The position numbers were made by a program, and so were the translations under genes. Below are positions 8,827-18,966 of a stretch of DNA of 37,747 nt, piece by piece; position 1 is the first letter of the stretch; each line of letters starts with the position of its first letter. Where the stretch lies: IMG/VR virus record IMGVR_UViG_3300022908_000006, positions 1 through 37,747 of that record. The stretch is one strand, 5' to 3'. The notes beneath the pieces were generated by a model. The model was given only the letters and a program-made list of their open reading frames with translations. It made no database searches and was not told the DNA's origin. Source of the stretch: a virus (Duplodnaviria; Caudoviricetes).

Positions 8827-9254
8827 TATCGAAGTCTCCTCTTGTGGTATCGGTTCTTCTCGTAAATGTTATGACATGCTCTGCAAGATCGTCCTACAAT
8901 GACCCTATTCCTCTTCACGTAGTAGGTGTTTTTATCGTTATATTCATGCCCTTTTCCGCAGTGAGTACGTGCCAGCAACTCTTTACCTACATTTGACCGA
9001 GCAATATTTTCCTGGGGCGTTACAGCTTCTAAATGGTCTGGATTGATGCAGTGGCGGACTTTACATAGATGGTCGATCTGATAGCCCTCCGGTATCTCCC
9101 CTTTGAATATCTCATAGGAGAATCTATGGGCTAACTTCCGTACTCCATTTAGTTTCGAGTGTGAATACCCATTCGGGGTAGTAAACCCCTTCCATACCCA
9201 ACACCCACTGGATAGTTTATCTGTGCGGGTATCTATATACTCAGTAGGACTCAT
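8826..9254 (-). CDS. HNH homing endonuclease (HNH_3-like) with C-terminal Cys/His domain
   Basis: CWVWKG, AHRFSY, DHLC..RHCINPDHL, THCGKGH...CRAC motifs. Confidence 0.9.
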   Translation of the reverse strand: MSPTEYIDTRTDKLSSGCWVWKGFTTPNGYSHSKLNGVRKLAHRFSYEIFKGEIPEGYQIDHLCKVRHCINPDHLEAVTPQENIARSNVGKELLARTHCGKGHEYNDKNTYYVKRNRVIVGRSCRACHNIYEKNRYHKRRLR

Positions 9255-9263
9255 AATTCTATT

Positions 9264-11249
9264 CTACCTCAATCTACGCGTCTCTACTACGAACGTGTGG
9301 CCCAAGAAACTTTGGGGCTGTCTCGTCGCGTAGTGTTTATAACGGATTGCGATACGTCGATACCCTCCAGGAACGTATAGGTAGGACTGTACCTCTGAAG
9401 TTGTGCCGTAGGTCACCCCGCTCCCATACGTAGCACCGCTCCCGTAGGTAGTACCTGACCCTTGAACCGCTGGCGAACTATACGTCTGCCAGTTGTCTCG
9501 GAGGTCGGTAGCGTATTGAGCGGTTATTGTGTAGTCGCCACTTTGGGCACCGAAACGAGGCTCCCAATAGCGGATCTCCTTTAAGACTGCTGGAGAGGCC
9601 CCCACTATGTAGTGAGTCCTTAATTCGAACTCTATATCCCCACCTAAGTTAGTGCTGTCGTTAGAGTCGAGTTCCTGCCAGTATACTTGCCCGATCTGAG
9701 AGCTTGCGACTAGGAGGGCGTTGTCATCTCTGAACCCACTAAACGCCTTGCTGACGAAACTCTTTGTATCGTGACTCTCAGTAGTCCCACCGCCCTCGCC
9801 GTAGTTTAAGGCAAAGACAAAACACTCGCTATTGCCCACGCTCCCAGATGGGGTGAACCACACGTATAGTAGGCCGTCATTGACGACAACGGATGCGTCG
9901 TCCTTATTTGGCATCATGAGCACTTCGTTATAAATATCTTCGCTGAGGAGTTGTGACTCGTTACCGTTTGTACGATATACTCCGTCGTTGCTTAGGTAGT
10001 ACGCGAAGTTATCGTCCGAGGTGATTGTGTCTTGTGAGTAAGTGCCCTTTTGGTCAGGAGCTTGTTCTAGGGAGAATGTAGCGTTGTCGTCTCCCAAGAG
10101 AATGTACTTATTATTCAGAGTTGGTATAAGTAGGTAGCCATTCAACGATGTGAGGGCGGTGACCGGGTCACCTGTCTTCGGAGAAGGAACGTATATGAAG
10201 TCAGTTGAAGTAAATACCTCGTACTCTCCGAAGTTAGAATAATCTACCCGGTTGGGGTCGTCTGAACGGACGAGGAACATTAACCCCTTATGCTCTCGAA
10301 GTGTGGAGTAGTTAGTCACATTAATCTGCGACTCAGTTGTGAAGTCCCATTTTCTGTACCCATCATACCCGTTAACGTAGTAGACAACGTCGTTTACAAG
10401 CCAAAACTCATAGTAGGTTGCTGAGGCGCTGAGGCCCGACTTAACGGTCGTAAGAGCGCCTGTGACGTTGTCTACAGAGTAGAGGGTTGTCCCCTGTACA
10501 AATAGAGTAACCTTCGTGCCATCACTCTTGTACGCCCTATAGAGACCTATTGCACCTCCGCTTGTAGCGTAGTACTCTTTGAAGTTCAAAGAGAAGGACG
10601 TACTAGACCAGGTGAGGCCTCCATCTGTCGAGGTCTTTGCAGTCGTCTCGGAAGTGTTACTGCTCCACGAGTATGAGTTTGCACCACTCGCCTGTATATA
10701 CACAACAATCCAGTAGTTTGTCGATGAGGAGATCGCTGGTGCTTCAACAAACCTTGCCGTGAGGTATTGGTAGGAGCTTGTGATCGCGGAAGAGGCGACA
10801 GAAGACCTTGCCAACATAACCCCAGGTGCGCTCGATACGTTGGACCATATCTCTACCATAACGGTTCCAGTGCCACTAGCCGAGTTCTTGAGTCGTATGT
10901 CCACCTTACTAAGTCTCTGAGTAACAGTTGAAGTAAATACCTGAGCAAAGCGTATCGTTTGAGTAAATGCTGCATTGGACCCACCGGTAGTGGAGGTAAT
11001 CTGGTCGTCTAGTGTCTCCCCAGCAGCGGCCGAGTGGAAGTCTACACCTTTTCTACTATCGTACTCTCCTAGGGTGGCAATGCGAGCGTTCTGCGCAAGT
11101 CGCCACATATTAGAAACGCCATTCTTGAATGGAAACTTATCGTTTGAAAGAAAAGAGTTATACCCTTTAGAGTAGTCGTTGATCTCGTATGTCTCAGGAC
11201 GGCTTCCTAGCGTTGGAATGCCTCTGGTAGCTCTTTTGGCCCAAACCAT
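9264..11249 (-). CDS. Tail nozzle / tail tubular protein B (P22 gp10- or T7 gp12-like) with an inserted beta-sandwich domain
   Basis: 661-aa beta-propeller-like composition, position after adaptor; S/T-rich insert from FAQVFT to YWIVV. Confidence 0.7.
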   Translation of the reverse strand: MVWAKRATRGIPTLGSRPETYEINDYSKGYNSFLSNDKFPFKNGVSNMWRLAQNARIATLGEYDSRKGVDFHSAAAGETLDDQITSTTGGSNAAFTQTIRFAQVFTSTVTQRLSKVDIRLKNSASGTGTVMVEIWSNVSSAPGVMLARSSVASSAITSSYQYLTARFVEAPAISSSTNYWIVVYIQASGANSYSWSSNTSETTAKTSTDGGLTWSSTSFSLNFKEYYATSGGAIGLYRAYKSDGTKVTLFVQGTTLYSVDNVTGALTTVKSGLSASATYYEFWLVNDVVYYVNGYDGYRKWDFTTESQINVTNYSTLREHKGLMFLVRSDDPNRVDYSNFGEYEVFTSTDFIYVPSPKTGDPVTALTSLNGYLLIPTLNNKYILLGDDNATFSLEQAPDQKGTYSQDTITSDDNFAYYLSNDGVYRTNGNESQLLSEDIYNEVLMMPNKDDASVVVNDGLLYVWFTPSGSVGNSECFVFALNYGEGGGTTESHDTKSFVSKAFSGFRDDNALLVASSQIGQVYWQELDSNDSTNLGGDIEFELRTHYIVGASPAVLKEIRYWEPRFGAQSGDYTITAQYATDLRDNWQTYSSPAVQGSGTTYGSGATYGSGVTYGTTSEVQSYLYVPGGYRRIAIRYKHYATRQPQSFLGHTFVVETRRLR

Positions 11250-11257
11250 GAGGCCTC

Positions 11258-11929
11258 CTAGAAGTATCTCTTACGAGTTACGTTACGGTTTATTCTCATA
11301 CGCATAGGCTCTCCTACTTGAGGGACACTATACTTAACGACAAGCTTTTGGAGGATCTCGTCATACTTGTTTTGTAGGATTGCTGCTTGGTCGTAGTTGT
11401 CCTTCACCTGAAGAACTCGGTACGCAGCACCCATAATAAGCAGTTCTTCAAACTCACTCGGTAAGTCTGGCACATCAGCGTCTGAGTCGAGAGTAGTAGG
11501 CCTCTTATAGTAGCGCAACGATACAGTCAGGCCAGCCACGGGGGTAGGGAATACCTTAATAGTCTGTTCATACCAGTACCAGTAAATAGGTATCCCCGGA
11601 GGGTGTAGGACTGAGTCCTCAGGGTTGGGGTAGAAGCTATCTATGGAAGTGACGTCTACGTATGGAAGCACCATCTGGGTGCCCCCACTTGTAAGAGTGA
11701 GGTCTACAGCCTGTACGTAGTTGGTAGGAAGCCCCGCGCCGTTCGTAATGTCAGACTGGCCTGCTACAAGGCTGTACGTTTGGATATCCTGAGTGAAAGG
11801 CAAACGGTACTCGTTAAATGCATCGTTCTGAGCGTCATTGACATATCCCTTTATCTCTGTACTAGAATAGCCAGTGTCTCGGATACGCTGTTGGACCCTC
11901 GTAACTATATCGCCAAGTATGAAAGACAC
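11258..11929 (-). CDS. Head-tail adaptor / tail tubular protein A
   Basis: YVNDAQ, LPTNY, IKVFPTP, LPSEFEELLIMGAAY motifs of podoviral adaptors; GGAG SD. Confidence 0.75.
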   Translation of the reverse strand: MSFILGDIVTRVQQRIRDTGYSSTEIKGYVNDAQNDAFNEYRLPFTQDIQTYSLVAGQSDITNGAGLPTNYVQAVDLTLTSGGTQMVLPYVDVTSIDSFYPNPEDSVLHPPGIPIYWYWYEQTIKVFPTPVAGLTVSLRYYKRPTTLDSDADVPDLPSEFEELLIMGAAYRVLQVKDNYDQAAILQNKYDEILQKLVVKYSVPQVGEPMRMRINRNVTRKRYF

Positions 11930-11995
11930 GCGTTAGCTCCGATGCCCGTATTACCTAAATAATACCACAGCGACGTGCCCGTGTACACTGACATA

Positions 11996-14482
11996 CTAGA
12001 CAACTTTCACCCATATATAAGCTGGAAGGGCTGACGCTCCCGATATGTTAGCTGTTCCAGCACCACCAGTTGCAGCAATCCCGACATTATAGGTCTTACT
12101 CCCTGCAGCGGGCGCTGAAACTCTTGTAGTCATCCCTAGCGGCGTCTCCTGGTTGGCAACGGTATTCAAGAAAGTCGCTTGGTTTATTTGGGTACCACTC
12201 CCGACTGTGCCATCCCATAGGCTAATAATCACATACCTGTTGGCAGTTGCATTATAAATAGAGTTAGCGTTCACTGTGATCTCTAGGTCGCGACCTCCTG
12301 GGGCGGTTACGGTGACACTCAGACTCGTTACCTGGACAGGGGTACTACTCGCGGTCGAAAAACCCGATGTGTTCTGTGCGTACCCTAGATTCCCATTGGG
12401 AAAGGTATTAGTACTACTGGTTAGGTCCTTGTTAGAGAGGCCAAGTGTATTATTAGCCGTGGCCACCCGGACGTTGTTTTCCAGAAGTGACCCACTACCC
12501 TTAGGCACCATATTAATCGAGATATTAGTGTCACCTCCGCTGGCAGTAATTGATGGGGGCGTGAGGGTAGCAGAGTTGGCGAATGTAAGTTCATTCACCG
12601 CAGAGGCCGTAGTGGTGAAGATGATCTCTTCGTTGCCATTGGCGTCGGCAATGAAGCCACCGCTCACAATCTTGGGAGCCGTAAGTGTCTTACCAGATAG
12701 TGTGAGGGTATTGTCACTCGTGGCGAAAATATGTTCGTTGGTTCCGTCGCTGATGGTCATGGAACTACCACCAGTCGTGGTGTACTGGATTCTACCAGCG
12801 GGCTCTCCTGGAGCGATGGTGCCTCCTCCAATAACTGGTTTGGTGAGAGTCTTATTGGTGAGTGTATCTGTAGTCGTCTTGCCTACAAGGGTATCTGTAG
12901 TAGCTGGGAGACTCAACGCGATCGTCCCAAGGGCTCCTGTAACGGGAGCGAGTGTAATCGTCCCGCTCGTGGCGTTACTGAAGACGACCCCACCGACGGA
13001 TGACCCCGCGACCCCAAGGTTAAGCTGCGATGTACCGTTGGTAGTGATGCCTGCTACTACCTTTACGTCGCCAGTCCCCGCGCCCAGGACAACTGAGTTA
13101 GGTGTAAGGCTCCCACCTGTATTCGTGACCGTCCCTGCTGTCCCGTTAGAGGCGGCCGTGATAAGCCCTTTACCGTTTACGGTGACACTCGCATTAGTAA
13201 ATGACCCTACATTAGAATTCACAGTAGCAAGGGTCGTTGTATTAGAGCCAGCCGAAGCCGCAACGTCCCCCGTCAGGGCATTCCTATCTAGAGTGTTTCC
13301 GCTTTTAGTCAGTCCCGAGCCTACAGTAATCTCGCCAGCTCCCGAGAACTGAGTGAAAGTGATGGCCGTCGTTCCTACGGTTGGTGGGGTCGAGTTGGTA
13401 CAAACGAATCCAGCAGCAGCATTAACCGTGCCGCTCTCCACGAATACGAACGCGCCAGGAAACTCAGCGGCAACGTCCATATCGCTCGAACGGGCCAGGA
13501 TAGCTGCAACGCCGACAGCACCCGCAGTCGTGACAGTATAAACACCATTTTTAAGTTGCGAGACTTCGTCCTTCACCAGTATGCGGTCGTTTAGCGAAGT
13601 GACCGTCCCGTCGACTGTCAGGGTTCCTGTGGCGGTTATAGTAATCACGTTGGCAAGGTAAGTATTAGTCGGAAGGGCTGCTGCGGTCGCTAGTAGGACG
13701 CTTCCTTTGGCAGAGAGTCCTTGGGCAACTGAGTCAACGTACCCTTTAGTAGAAGCATCGGTTGCACCAGATGGTGTCGGTACGGTCACGGTCCCAGTAA
13801 AGGTTGGTGAAGCAAGTGGTGCTTTCAGGGCGAGGTCAGAGACCAGGCTAGTCACTTGTGACTCCGCTATTTGAATGTTGACATTGGCGGCTGCTGTTGT
13901 GAGGCCTTTCCCATTAACAGTGTATGTCGGTACCTGGGTAGCAGAACCAAACGACCCAACGTTAGAGTTTACTGTTGCCAGTGTCAGAGTGTTGGTGTTG
14001 TTAGCTGCACCATCGAAGCTGCTACCAGCGCTCGTAACATCTCCTGTAGTTGTCCCGATCGTCCGAGCTGTCGCCAGCTTTGGGGCTGAAACAACTGTGA
14101 GGGCTGGGGTAGTTGTCGGGTTGGCAACCGTTAAGTCGGCAGACGTAGAGCTAACATTTGTGACCGTCCCAGTTCCGCCAGCAGCTATCCACTTTAGGCC
14201 CGTCGTCTGGGCTGAATCAGCAGCTAGAACTGTCCCATCTGCTCCAACTGGGAGGCGAGTATCGAGAGTAGAATAGGTATAGAGATCACCCTTAGTCGTA
14301 AGAGGAGAAGCGCTGCCTCCTCCGGTTGAGCTGACTATTGGGTTCTGCGGGTCGGTGTTGTTAACTGTGATATTCGATCCAGCAACGATAGACCTAATGC
14401 CCGAAGAACCTCCGCCTACATAGGTAGTAGAGTTTTCTAGAGATACGCCGTTAAGCGAGAAAGGATCAAGCCTGAACTTCAC
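11996..14482 (-). CDS. Long Ser/Thr/Gly-rich fibre protein (head or tail fibre, 828 aa)
   Basis: TTKGDL, KAPLASPTFTG, DRILVKD...NGVY, TLTNKTLT fibre motifs; TLATVNSNVGSF...TVNGKGL repeated twice. Confidence 0.8.
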   Translation of the reverse strand: MKFRLDPFSLNGVSLENSTTYVGGGSSGIRSIVAGSNITVNNTDPQNPIVSSTGGGSASPLTTKGDLYTYSTLDTRLPVGADGTVLAADSAQTTGLKWIAAGGTGTVTNVSSTSADLTVANPTTTPALTVVSAPKLATARTIGTTTGDVTSAGSSFDGAANNTNTLTLATVNSNVGSFGSATQVPTYTVNGKGLTTAAANVNIQIAESQVTSLVSDLALKAPLASPTFTGTVTVPTPSGATDASTKGYVDSVAQGLSAKGSVLLATAAALPTNTYLANVITITATGTLTVDGTVTSLNDRILVKDEVSQLKNGVYTVTTAGAVGVAAILARSSDMDVAAEFPGAFVFVESGTVNAAAGFVCTNSTPPTVGTTAITFTQFSGAGEITVGSGLTKSGNTLDRNALTGDVAASAGSNTTTLATVNSNVGSFTNASVTVNGKGLITAASNGTAGTVTNTGGSLTPNSVVLGAGTGDVKVVAGITTNGTSQLNLGVAGSSVGGVVFSNATSGTITLAPVTGALGTIALSLPATTDTLVGKTTTDTLTNKTLTKPVIGGGTIAPGEPAGRIQYTTTGGSSMTISDGTNEHIFATSDNTLTLSGKTLTAPKIVSGGFIADANGNEEIIFTTTASAVNELTFANSATLTPPSITASGGDTNISINMVPKGSGSLLENNVRVATANNTLGLSNKDLTSSTNTFPNGNLGYAQNTSGFSTASSTPVQVTSLSVTVTAPGGRDLEITVNANSIYNATANRYVIISLWDGTVGSGTQINQATFLNTVANQETPLGMTTRVSAPAAGSKTYNVGIAATGGAGTANISGASALPAYIWVKVV

Positions 14483-15197
14483 GGACAGCCTCGCTTAGAA
14501 TGAGGTACCCAAATGTTGCGGCCTTTGGCCACGCGGTCTGGTACTTACCCTTGCCGAACTTATACCTCAGGCTATTTTCCAAAGAGTTATTCTCCATGAT
14601 ATACCAAGCGCCTGACTCGTCTACGAAGCCAATATACTGGATGTTCGGGTCAGTATTATCTATGTCGTGGGCTCGGTAGTCGTCTAGATCTATCCCCTCT
14701 GCTTCTGGAGTACTGAGCGCCTCTTTGAGAGTCTTCTCCAGGCCAGATAGGTCCACTTTAGATGGTGTTACCGTGACATTAGGACTGATATTGATTGCCT
14801 TCACTGCCCTTGCAACGTCTTCTAAGTAAGGGATAAGTTCCTCTGACTTATCTGTGGCCGCGACACGCTCAGGAAGGTCAGATAACTCTCCAAGTAGCTT
14901 CGTGAACGTTTCACGGATCTCGGATAGGCCACTATCTTCTAGGTTGTTTGTGGCGACTACGATGGACTTGAGAAGCTCTGTAAGATTCGTGGCGACCTCA
15001 GCGATGCGGGGGTCTTTGCCGATCATGGTTGCCATGAGGATATCATGCATAGACTTTGAGAGGGTGTCAGTTGTCTGCGCGCCACTCTCGGTCACTGCGC
15101 CAATAATAGAGTCGGTACGTCCTTGTTCAAGGGCGGCATCGGCCTGGGTCTGCCTCTGTTGTTTGATTCTTGAGATGGGGTCGTCGTTAGGTGGCAT
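14466..15197 (-). CDS. Virion-associated protein (coiled coil plus C-terminal beta domain), possible fibre base
   Basis: Overlaps fibre gene start; C-terminal QYIGF...GAWYI motif. Confidence 0.5.
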   Translation of the reverse strand: MPPNDDPISRIKQQRQTQADAALEQGRTDSIIGAVTESGAQTTDTLSKSMHDILMATMIGKDPRIAEVATNLTELLKSIVVATNNLEDSGLSEIRETFTKLLGELSDLPERVAATDKSEELIPYLEDVARAVKAINISPNVTVTPSKVDLSGLEKTLKEALSTPEAEGIDLDDYRAHDIDNTDPNIQYIGFVDESGAWYIMENNSLENSLRYKFGKGKYQTAWPKAATFGYLILSEAVREVQA

Positions 15198-15204
15198 ATC
15201 AAAC

Positions 15205-16458
15205 CTACGCCCGTATTGAGTTCATTATAGCAGAACCTTTGCCAATTGATACATACTTCACGCCCTTTATCTCAGGAAGGTAGCGGAAGGCGTCAATTAC
15301 TACTGAGCCTGTAGGGAACTCATATGACTTATAGACCGCATCCGCAGTGCCTATGAAGTAGACTGCTTTCTCTAACTCTTCGTAGCCGTTCTCGTGTTCT
15401 ACTGGATAGTCGTACTCTCTCACAATGTTTGCAATGAGTATAGCTGGTGACCCCGTCTCGATATTCGTTTCGGGCTTGAACGCCCTCCCGAGGATGCGGA
15501 GTGGTAGCCCAGACCTCTTAGACTCTTCCATGGCGAGCGTCGCAAGCCACTCGGCGTGATCTTCTCGAGCGGCCATAAGGTCCTCAAATATATTATGGGA
15601 GAGCCCTACCTGATTTGCTATATAAGATAAAGCGATATTGTCTCGTGGGTGACAGCCTCCACCATCTCCTAAGCCAGCTTGGAGGTACCTTGGTGAAATG
15701 ATCCTATCTGTGGCCATCGAGAGGGCCTTATAGATATCGTCGACATTCATACCAAGCTTGTGGGACATCTCTCCGTATGTATTAGCAAGTACGGTTTTCA
15801 TCGTGATAAATGTGTTATAGAACACCTTGATTCCCTCGGCCGTCGTGATATCTGTCTCCATAAACGGTTTCTGATGAATTGTCCTGTAAAACTGCTTCAA
15901 CGGCTCGTTGTCGCTTTTTGAGCCGATTAGGACAAACTCAGGGTTGAGGAAGTCTGCCAGAACCGTTCCCATAGCGATGAAGAAGGGATTATAGAAGTAA
16001 GATACGTACTCGTTCTCCTCGACAATAGGGGCGATGCGATGCTCATACGTACCCGGAAGGCAAGTTGAAATGACCACTAGCTGGATATGCTTCTTTAGGT
16101 TGCGGGCCATACGAGAAACTTCAGCGATGCCGCTTACAAGGTACTTATAGTCAAAGTCCTCGCGCTCTTTGGGAATCCTAGTGGAACCTTCAAATTCTGG
16201 GCCATGAGGAGTCTGAATGGGCATAAAGATGATGTCCGAACTCCCAACGGCTGCCTCAATGGAGTCGACGACTTCTACGGTGTGCTCATCTAGAAGCGGC
16301 TGCAAACCTGCTTCCTGGTAAGGTATCTTACGCTTGTGTAGGTATTCTTCTGGTTTTTGGCTGATATCAAACCCAACCACCTCGTGGCCCTTGCTATTTA
16401 TTGCTACCGCAACTGGTAGCCCCAGCTTTCCTAGCCCGATTACCCCGACTTTAGCCAT
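15205..16458 (-). CDS. Nucleotide-sugar dehydrogenase, UDP-glucose/GDP-mannose dehydrogenase family
   Basis: Rossmann GVIGLGKLG, ISTCLPGT, YNPFF, AEGIKVFYNTF, GGGCHPRD (catalytic Cys), GRAFKPET. Confidence 0.92.
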   Translation of the reverse strand: MAKVGVIGLGKLGLPVAVAINSKGHEVVGFDISQKPEEYLHKRKIPYQEAGLQPLLDEHTVEVVDSIEAAVGSSDIIFMPIQTPHGPEFEGSTRIPKEREDFDYKYLVSGIAEVSRMARNLKKHIQLVVISTCLPGTYEHRIAPIVEENEYVSYFYNPFFIAMGTVLADFLNPEFVLIGSKSDNEPLKQFYRTIHQKPFMETDITTAEGIKVFYNTFITMKTVLANTYGEMSHKLGMNVDDIYKALSMATDRIISPRYLQAGLGDGGGCHPRDNIALSYIANQVGLSHNIFEDLMAAREDHAEWLATLAMEESKRSGLPLRILGRAFKPETNIETGSPAILIANIVREYDYPVEHENGYEELEKAVYFIGTADAVYKSYEFPTGSVVIDAFRYLPEIKGVKYVSIGKGSAIMNSIRA

Positions 16459-17095
16459 TTAGCTTCTCCTCTACTTTAGCTACATCTATCCTCCACAGCT
16501 CTTGCATTCCTGGCGAACTGTATTCGGGAGAAGTCGTCTTATACGCCCCCTGAGTTTCGTTCTTTACCTCGTCGTTTACCCTATCTCTTCGGTGCTCTAT
16601 ATGCGTACCGTTTAGAGATTGATGAACTCCACACTCATTCGCCAGGTCCTGTACCCAACTATCGCAGTGCGTCGACAGTGAGAAGTGGCCTATCAGCTCG
16701 TATAGCTCCCTAGAAATGACAGGGAACAGATTGTTATTGTCCACACCCGGGTTCGTAATGTTGAGAACCGTAAGTCCCTTCTCGGCACTACTTACCTTAC
16801 CTACCCAGTCTTCGCACTCTATAAGGGCGTCGTCATTCCATAGCATGAGCCATTCGCCCTTTGCCTGCTCGGCTAGGAAGTTGATCATCTCATGAAACTT
16901 ATGATAGCCGACGCGGGGCTTGATAAACGTCCTGACTGGTAGACCCATTAGCCCCGAGAAGTCAAGGTAGTGTTCCTTATCTGGGTCATCCTCATCTATA
17001 TACATAAGGACTTCGTAACCACCGTCGCCTAGCGACAGTATTGACTCTTTAGCGAGTTCGTATCTCATTCTTGATGGCATCAAAACGCTGATCAC
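16451..17095 (-). CDS. Glycosyltransferase, GT-A/GT2-like
   Basis: ISVLMPSR, YIDEDD, WNDD (DxD-like), HCDSW. Confidence 0.8.
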   Translation of the reverse strand: MISVLMPSRMRYELAKESILSLGDGGYEVLMYIDEDDPDKEHYLDFSGLMGLPVRTFIKPRVGYHKFHEMINFLAEQAKGEWLMLWNDDALIECEDWVGKVSSAEKGLTVLNITNPGVDNNNLFPVISRELYELIGHFSLSTHCDSWVQDLANECGVHQSLNGTHIEHRRDRVNDEVKNETQGAYKTTSPEYSSPGMQELWRIDVAKVEEKLNG

Positions 17096-17805
17096 TTTAA
17101 CCCCTCCAGATACTCTACGTTCTCATCGTAGCCGCGATCTCGCATAGTCTTAATGTAGTACTCAGGAAAATCTCCCCAGTTATCCTTATTAGCAAATGTC
17201 CAGCTTAGCCTCTCGTCCATGTGCCCCACTAACCATCCATCGTTCTTGATCTCACGAGAGAATTTAGAGTCTTCCTGCAACTTAGAGTTGGAGCCCTCCC
17301 AGCGTTCTTCCGAGTACCTCGTGCCCGAATCAAAGATATCACGACGGACGATATTCGGTCCCCCGACACAGCCCGGGAACTCGATAATCCCCATACCATT
17401 GTAAAACTGTGGGGTTTTATTCCCTCCACCGTCGAAGTCTAGCCCCAGCTGACCTAAACGATCTATAGTCTTAAAGTATTCCTCGGCCCGAGTGTCCCAG
17501 CCTTGCTCGAAGTGCATGTCGTTGTCAAGGCGCATAAGGTGGGTTGCCTGAGGATACTCTTTTAGCCCTTCTGTCCAGCCAATGTTACAAGCCTTCCCTG
17601 GGTAGTAGTTCTCAGGGTTAAGAATGAGCTTGTCAATCCTGCCACGCTCTTTAAGACTTTCAAGGTACTTCTGCGTACCATCGTCCGAGTTATTGTCTAC
17701 AACTACGAGGTAGTAAGGTAGTTCAATCGTATCCCACAGTCCTCTTAGGGTGCGTTTCGTATACTCGAGGCGATTGTAGGTTACGAGAGTTACTAAAAGT
17801 CTCAT
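17092..17805 (-). CDS. Glycosyltransferase family 2
   Basis: TYNRLEYT, VVDNNSDDGT, LDND (DxD), QED motifs. Confidence 0.9.
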   Translation of the reverse strand: MRLLVTLVTYNRLEYTKRTLRGLWDTIELPYYLVVVDNNSDDGTQKYLESLKERGRIDKLILNPENYYPGKACNIGWTEGLKEYPQATHLMRLDNDMHFEQGWDTRAEEYFKTIDRLGQLGLDFDGGGNKTPQFYNGMGIIEFPGCVGGPNIVRRDIFDSGTRYSEERWEGSNSKLQEDSKFSREIKNDGWLVGHMDERLSWTFANKDNWGDFPEYYIKTMRDRGYDENVEYLEGLK

Positions 17806-17942
17806 ATGTCTATCCCTCTAGCCAGAAGATAAGTCTTCAAGGGCATTGTTAGCTGTATAGCGTCGTCCATCATCACTACAACCCATGTCCCACTTTTGGA
17901 CTTTTTGATGAGCCATAGGTGTTCACCGTCTTGGATGCACAT
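17802..17942 (-). CDS. 46-aa hypothetical protein in the glycosyltransferase cluster
   Basis: Not in track; MCIQDGEHLWLIKK...; fills the gap and is ATGA-coupled to the GT2 gene. Confidence 0.5.
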   Translation of the reverse strand: MCIQDGEHLWLIKKSKSGTWVVVMMDDAIQLTMPLKTYLLARGIDI

Positions 17943-17947
17943 ATTAA

Positions 17948-18769
17948 TCATAATTCAACCTCACTATCATCAATTATTGTATATCTGCGTGGAGGATAGC
18001 TGGCCATCCCTTGCTTCACAAGGCTCTCTGCGTGCGCTCTAGTGGTGTTTATGCCCCCAGTAGGCGTATCAACGGTTACAAGTTTAGACTTAGCTCCCAG
18101 AGCCACTGGTTGGCTTAGAATATCGTCCAAACGTTTGTCCTTTACGATCTTTCTCCACGTCTCTATCTGATGAGCGCCGTTATTAGACCCAGCTTTGCCC
18201 AAAGCTATTAGTTTTCTCTGCCCTAGTCGCTGTTTAATAACGTTAATCTTTACCCCGTTGTTCCATAGCTTAATCGAGAAAGTGATATCATGTGTCCCAT
18301 AACCCACATCCGCGTACTTGCCCACTAGTTTGATAGACTCCCCATAATTGAGCAGCGTCCAGCGGATCTTATCGGTGAAATAAGGCTTCTTGAGGTTATC
18401 GAAGACGCTTCGCTTAACTAGGAGGCACCCTGTCCCCGCAAAGACAACGTTCTTGCCCTTGTCGTAGAAGACTGAGCCTCTTCCGTCCTTTGTGACGGGG
18501 TAGTCGGCTGTTACCGCGTTACAATCTGCCTCTAGGAGCTTTTTAAGCGTGTCTGGACGTAATATCATGTCGTCTTCGCAGAACCATAGGTGGGTTGTTT
18601 CAGGGTCTTTCAGAGCTTCTAGTGTGGGACTTTCAAAGCATTCGGGAATAGGCCTCTTATGTGAGAAGTAGATCTTATGCGGGACACCCTTCAGATTATT
18701 CAGTAGCTCCTCGGCCGTCTGGGAGAAGACAAGTCCGCGTGAAGGGAATATAACCGCTACTTTGACCAT
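17948..18769 (-). CDS. Glycosyltransferase, GT-A-like (paralog of 18950-19768)
   Basis: VAVIFPSRG, FCEDDMIL, GTGCLLV, THDITF. Confidence 0.8.
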   Translation of the reverse strand: MVKVAVIFPSRGLVFSQTAEELLNNLKGVPHKIYFSHKRPIPECFESPTLEALKDPETTHLWFCEDDMILRPDTLKKLLEADCNAVTADYPVTKDGRGSVFYDKGKNVVFAGTGCLLVKRSVFDNLKKPYFTDKIRWTLLNYGESIKLVGKYADVGYGTHDITFSIKLWNNGVKINVIKQRLGQRKLIALGKAGSNNGAHQIETWRKIVKDKRLDDILSQPVALGAKSKLVTVDTPTGGINTTRAHAESLVKQGMASYPPRRYTIIDDSEVEL

Positions 18770-18966
18770 TTTGATCCTTCAAGTGTTACCCCCTCAAGGA
18801 CGTTGATTGTTAGAGGATAGTTATCTTTATCTTTTTCAAATATCATCGGTAGCATACCCTGAATCTGGTTAACATATACCTCTAGCCTATCTGAGGGCAC
18901 GACTGCAGACCAAGCCATCTTGCATTCAGCGTCCAATACCACAATACTACTATCTAACTGTTTCAT
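18757..18966 (-). CDS. Hypothetical protein
   Basis: GGAGG SD before MKQLD; overlaps both neighbours. Confidence 0.55.
   Translation of the reverse strand: MKQLDSSIVVLDAECKMAWSAVVPSDRLEVYVNQIQGMLPMIFEKDKDNYPLTINVLEGVTLEGSKWSK

Noticed and set aside
12276-14276. Long plus-strand ORFs opposite the fibre gene (and similar ones opposite other genes)
   Set aside because: Antisense shadows of biased-codon genes; no SD or recognisable motifs
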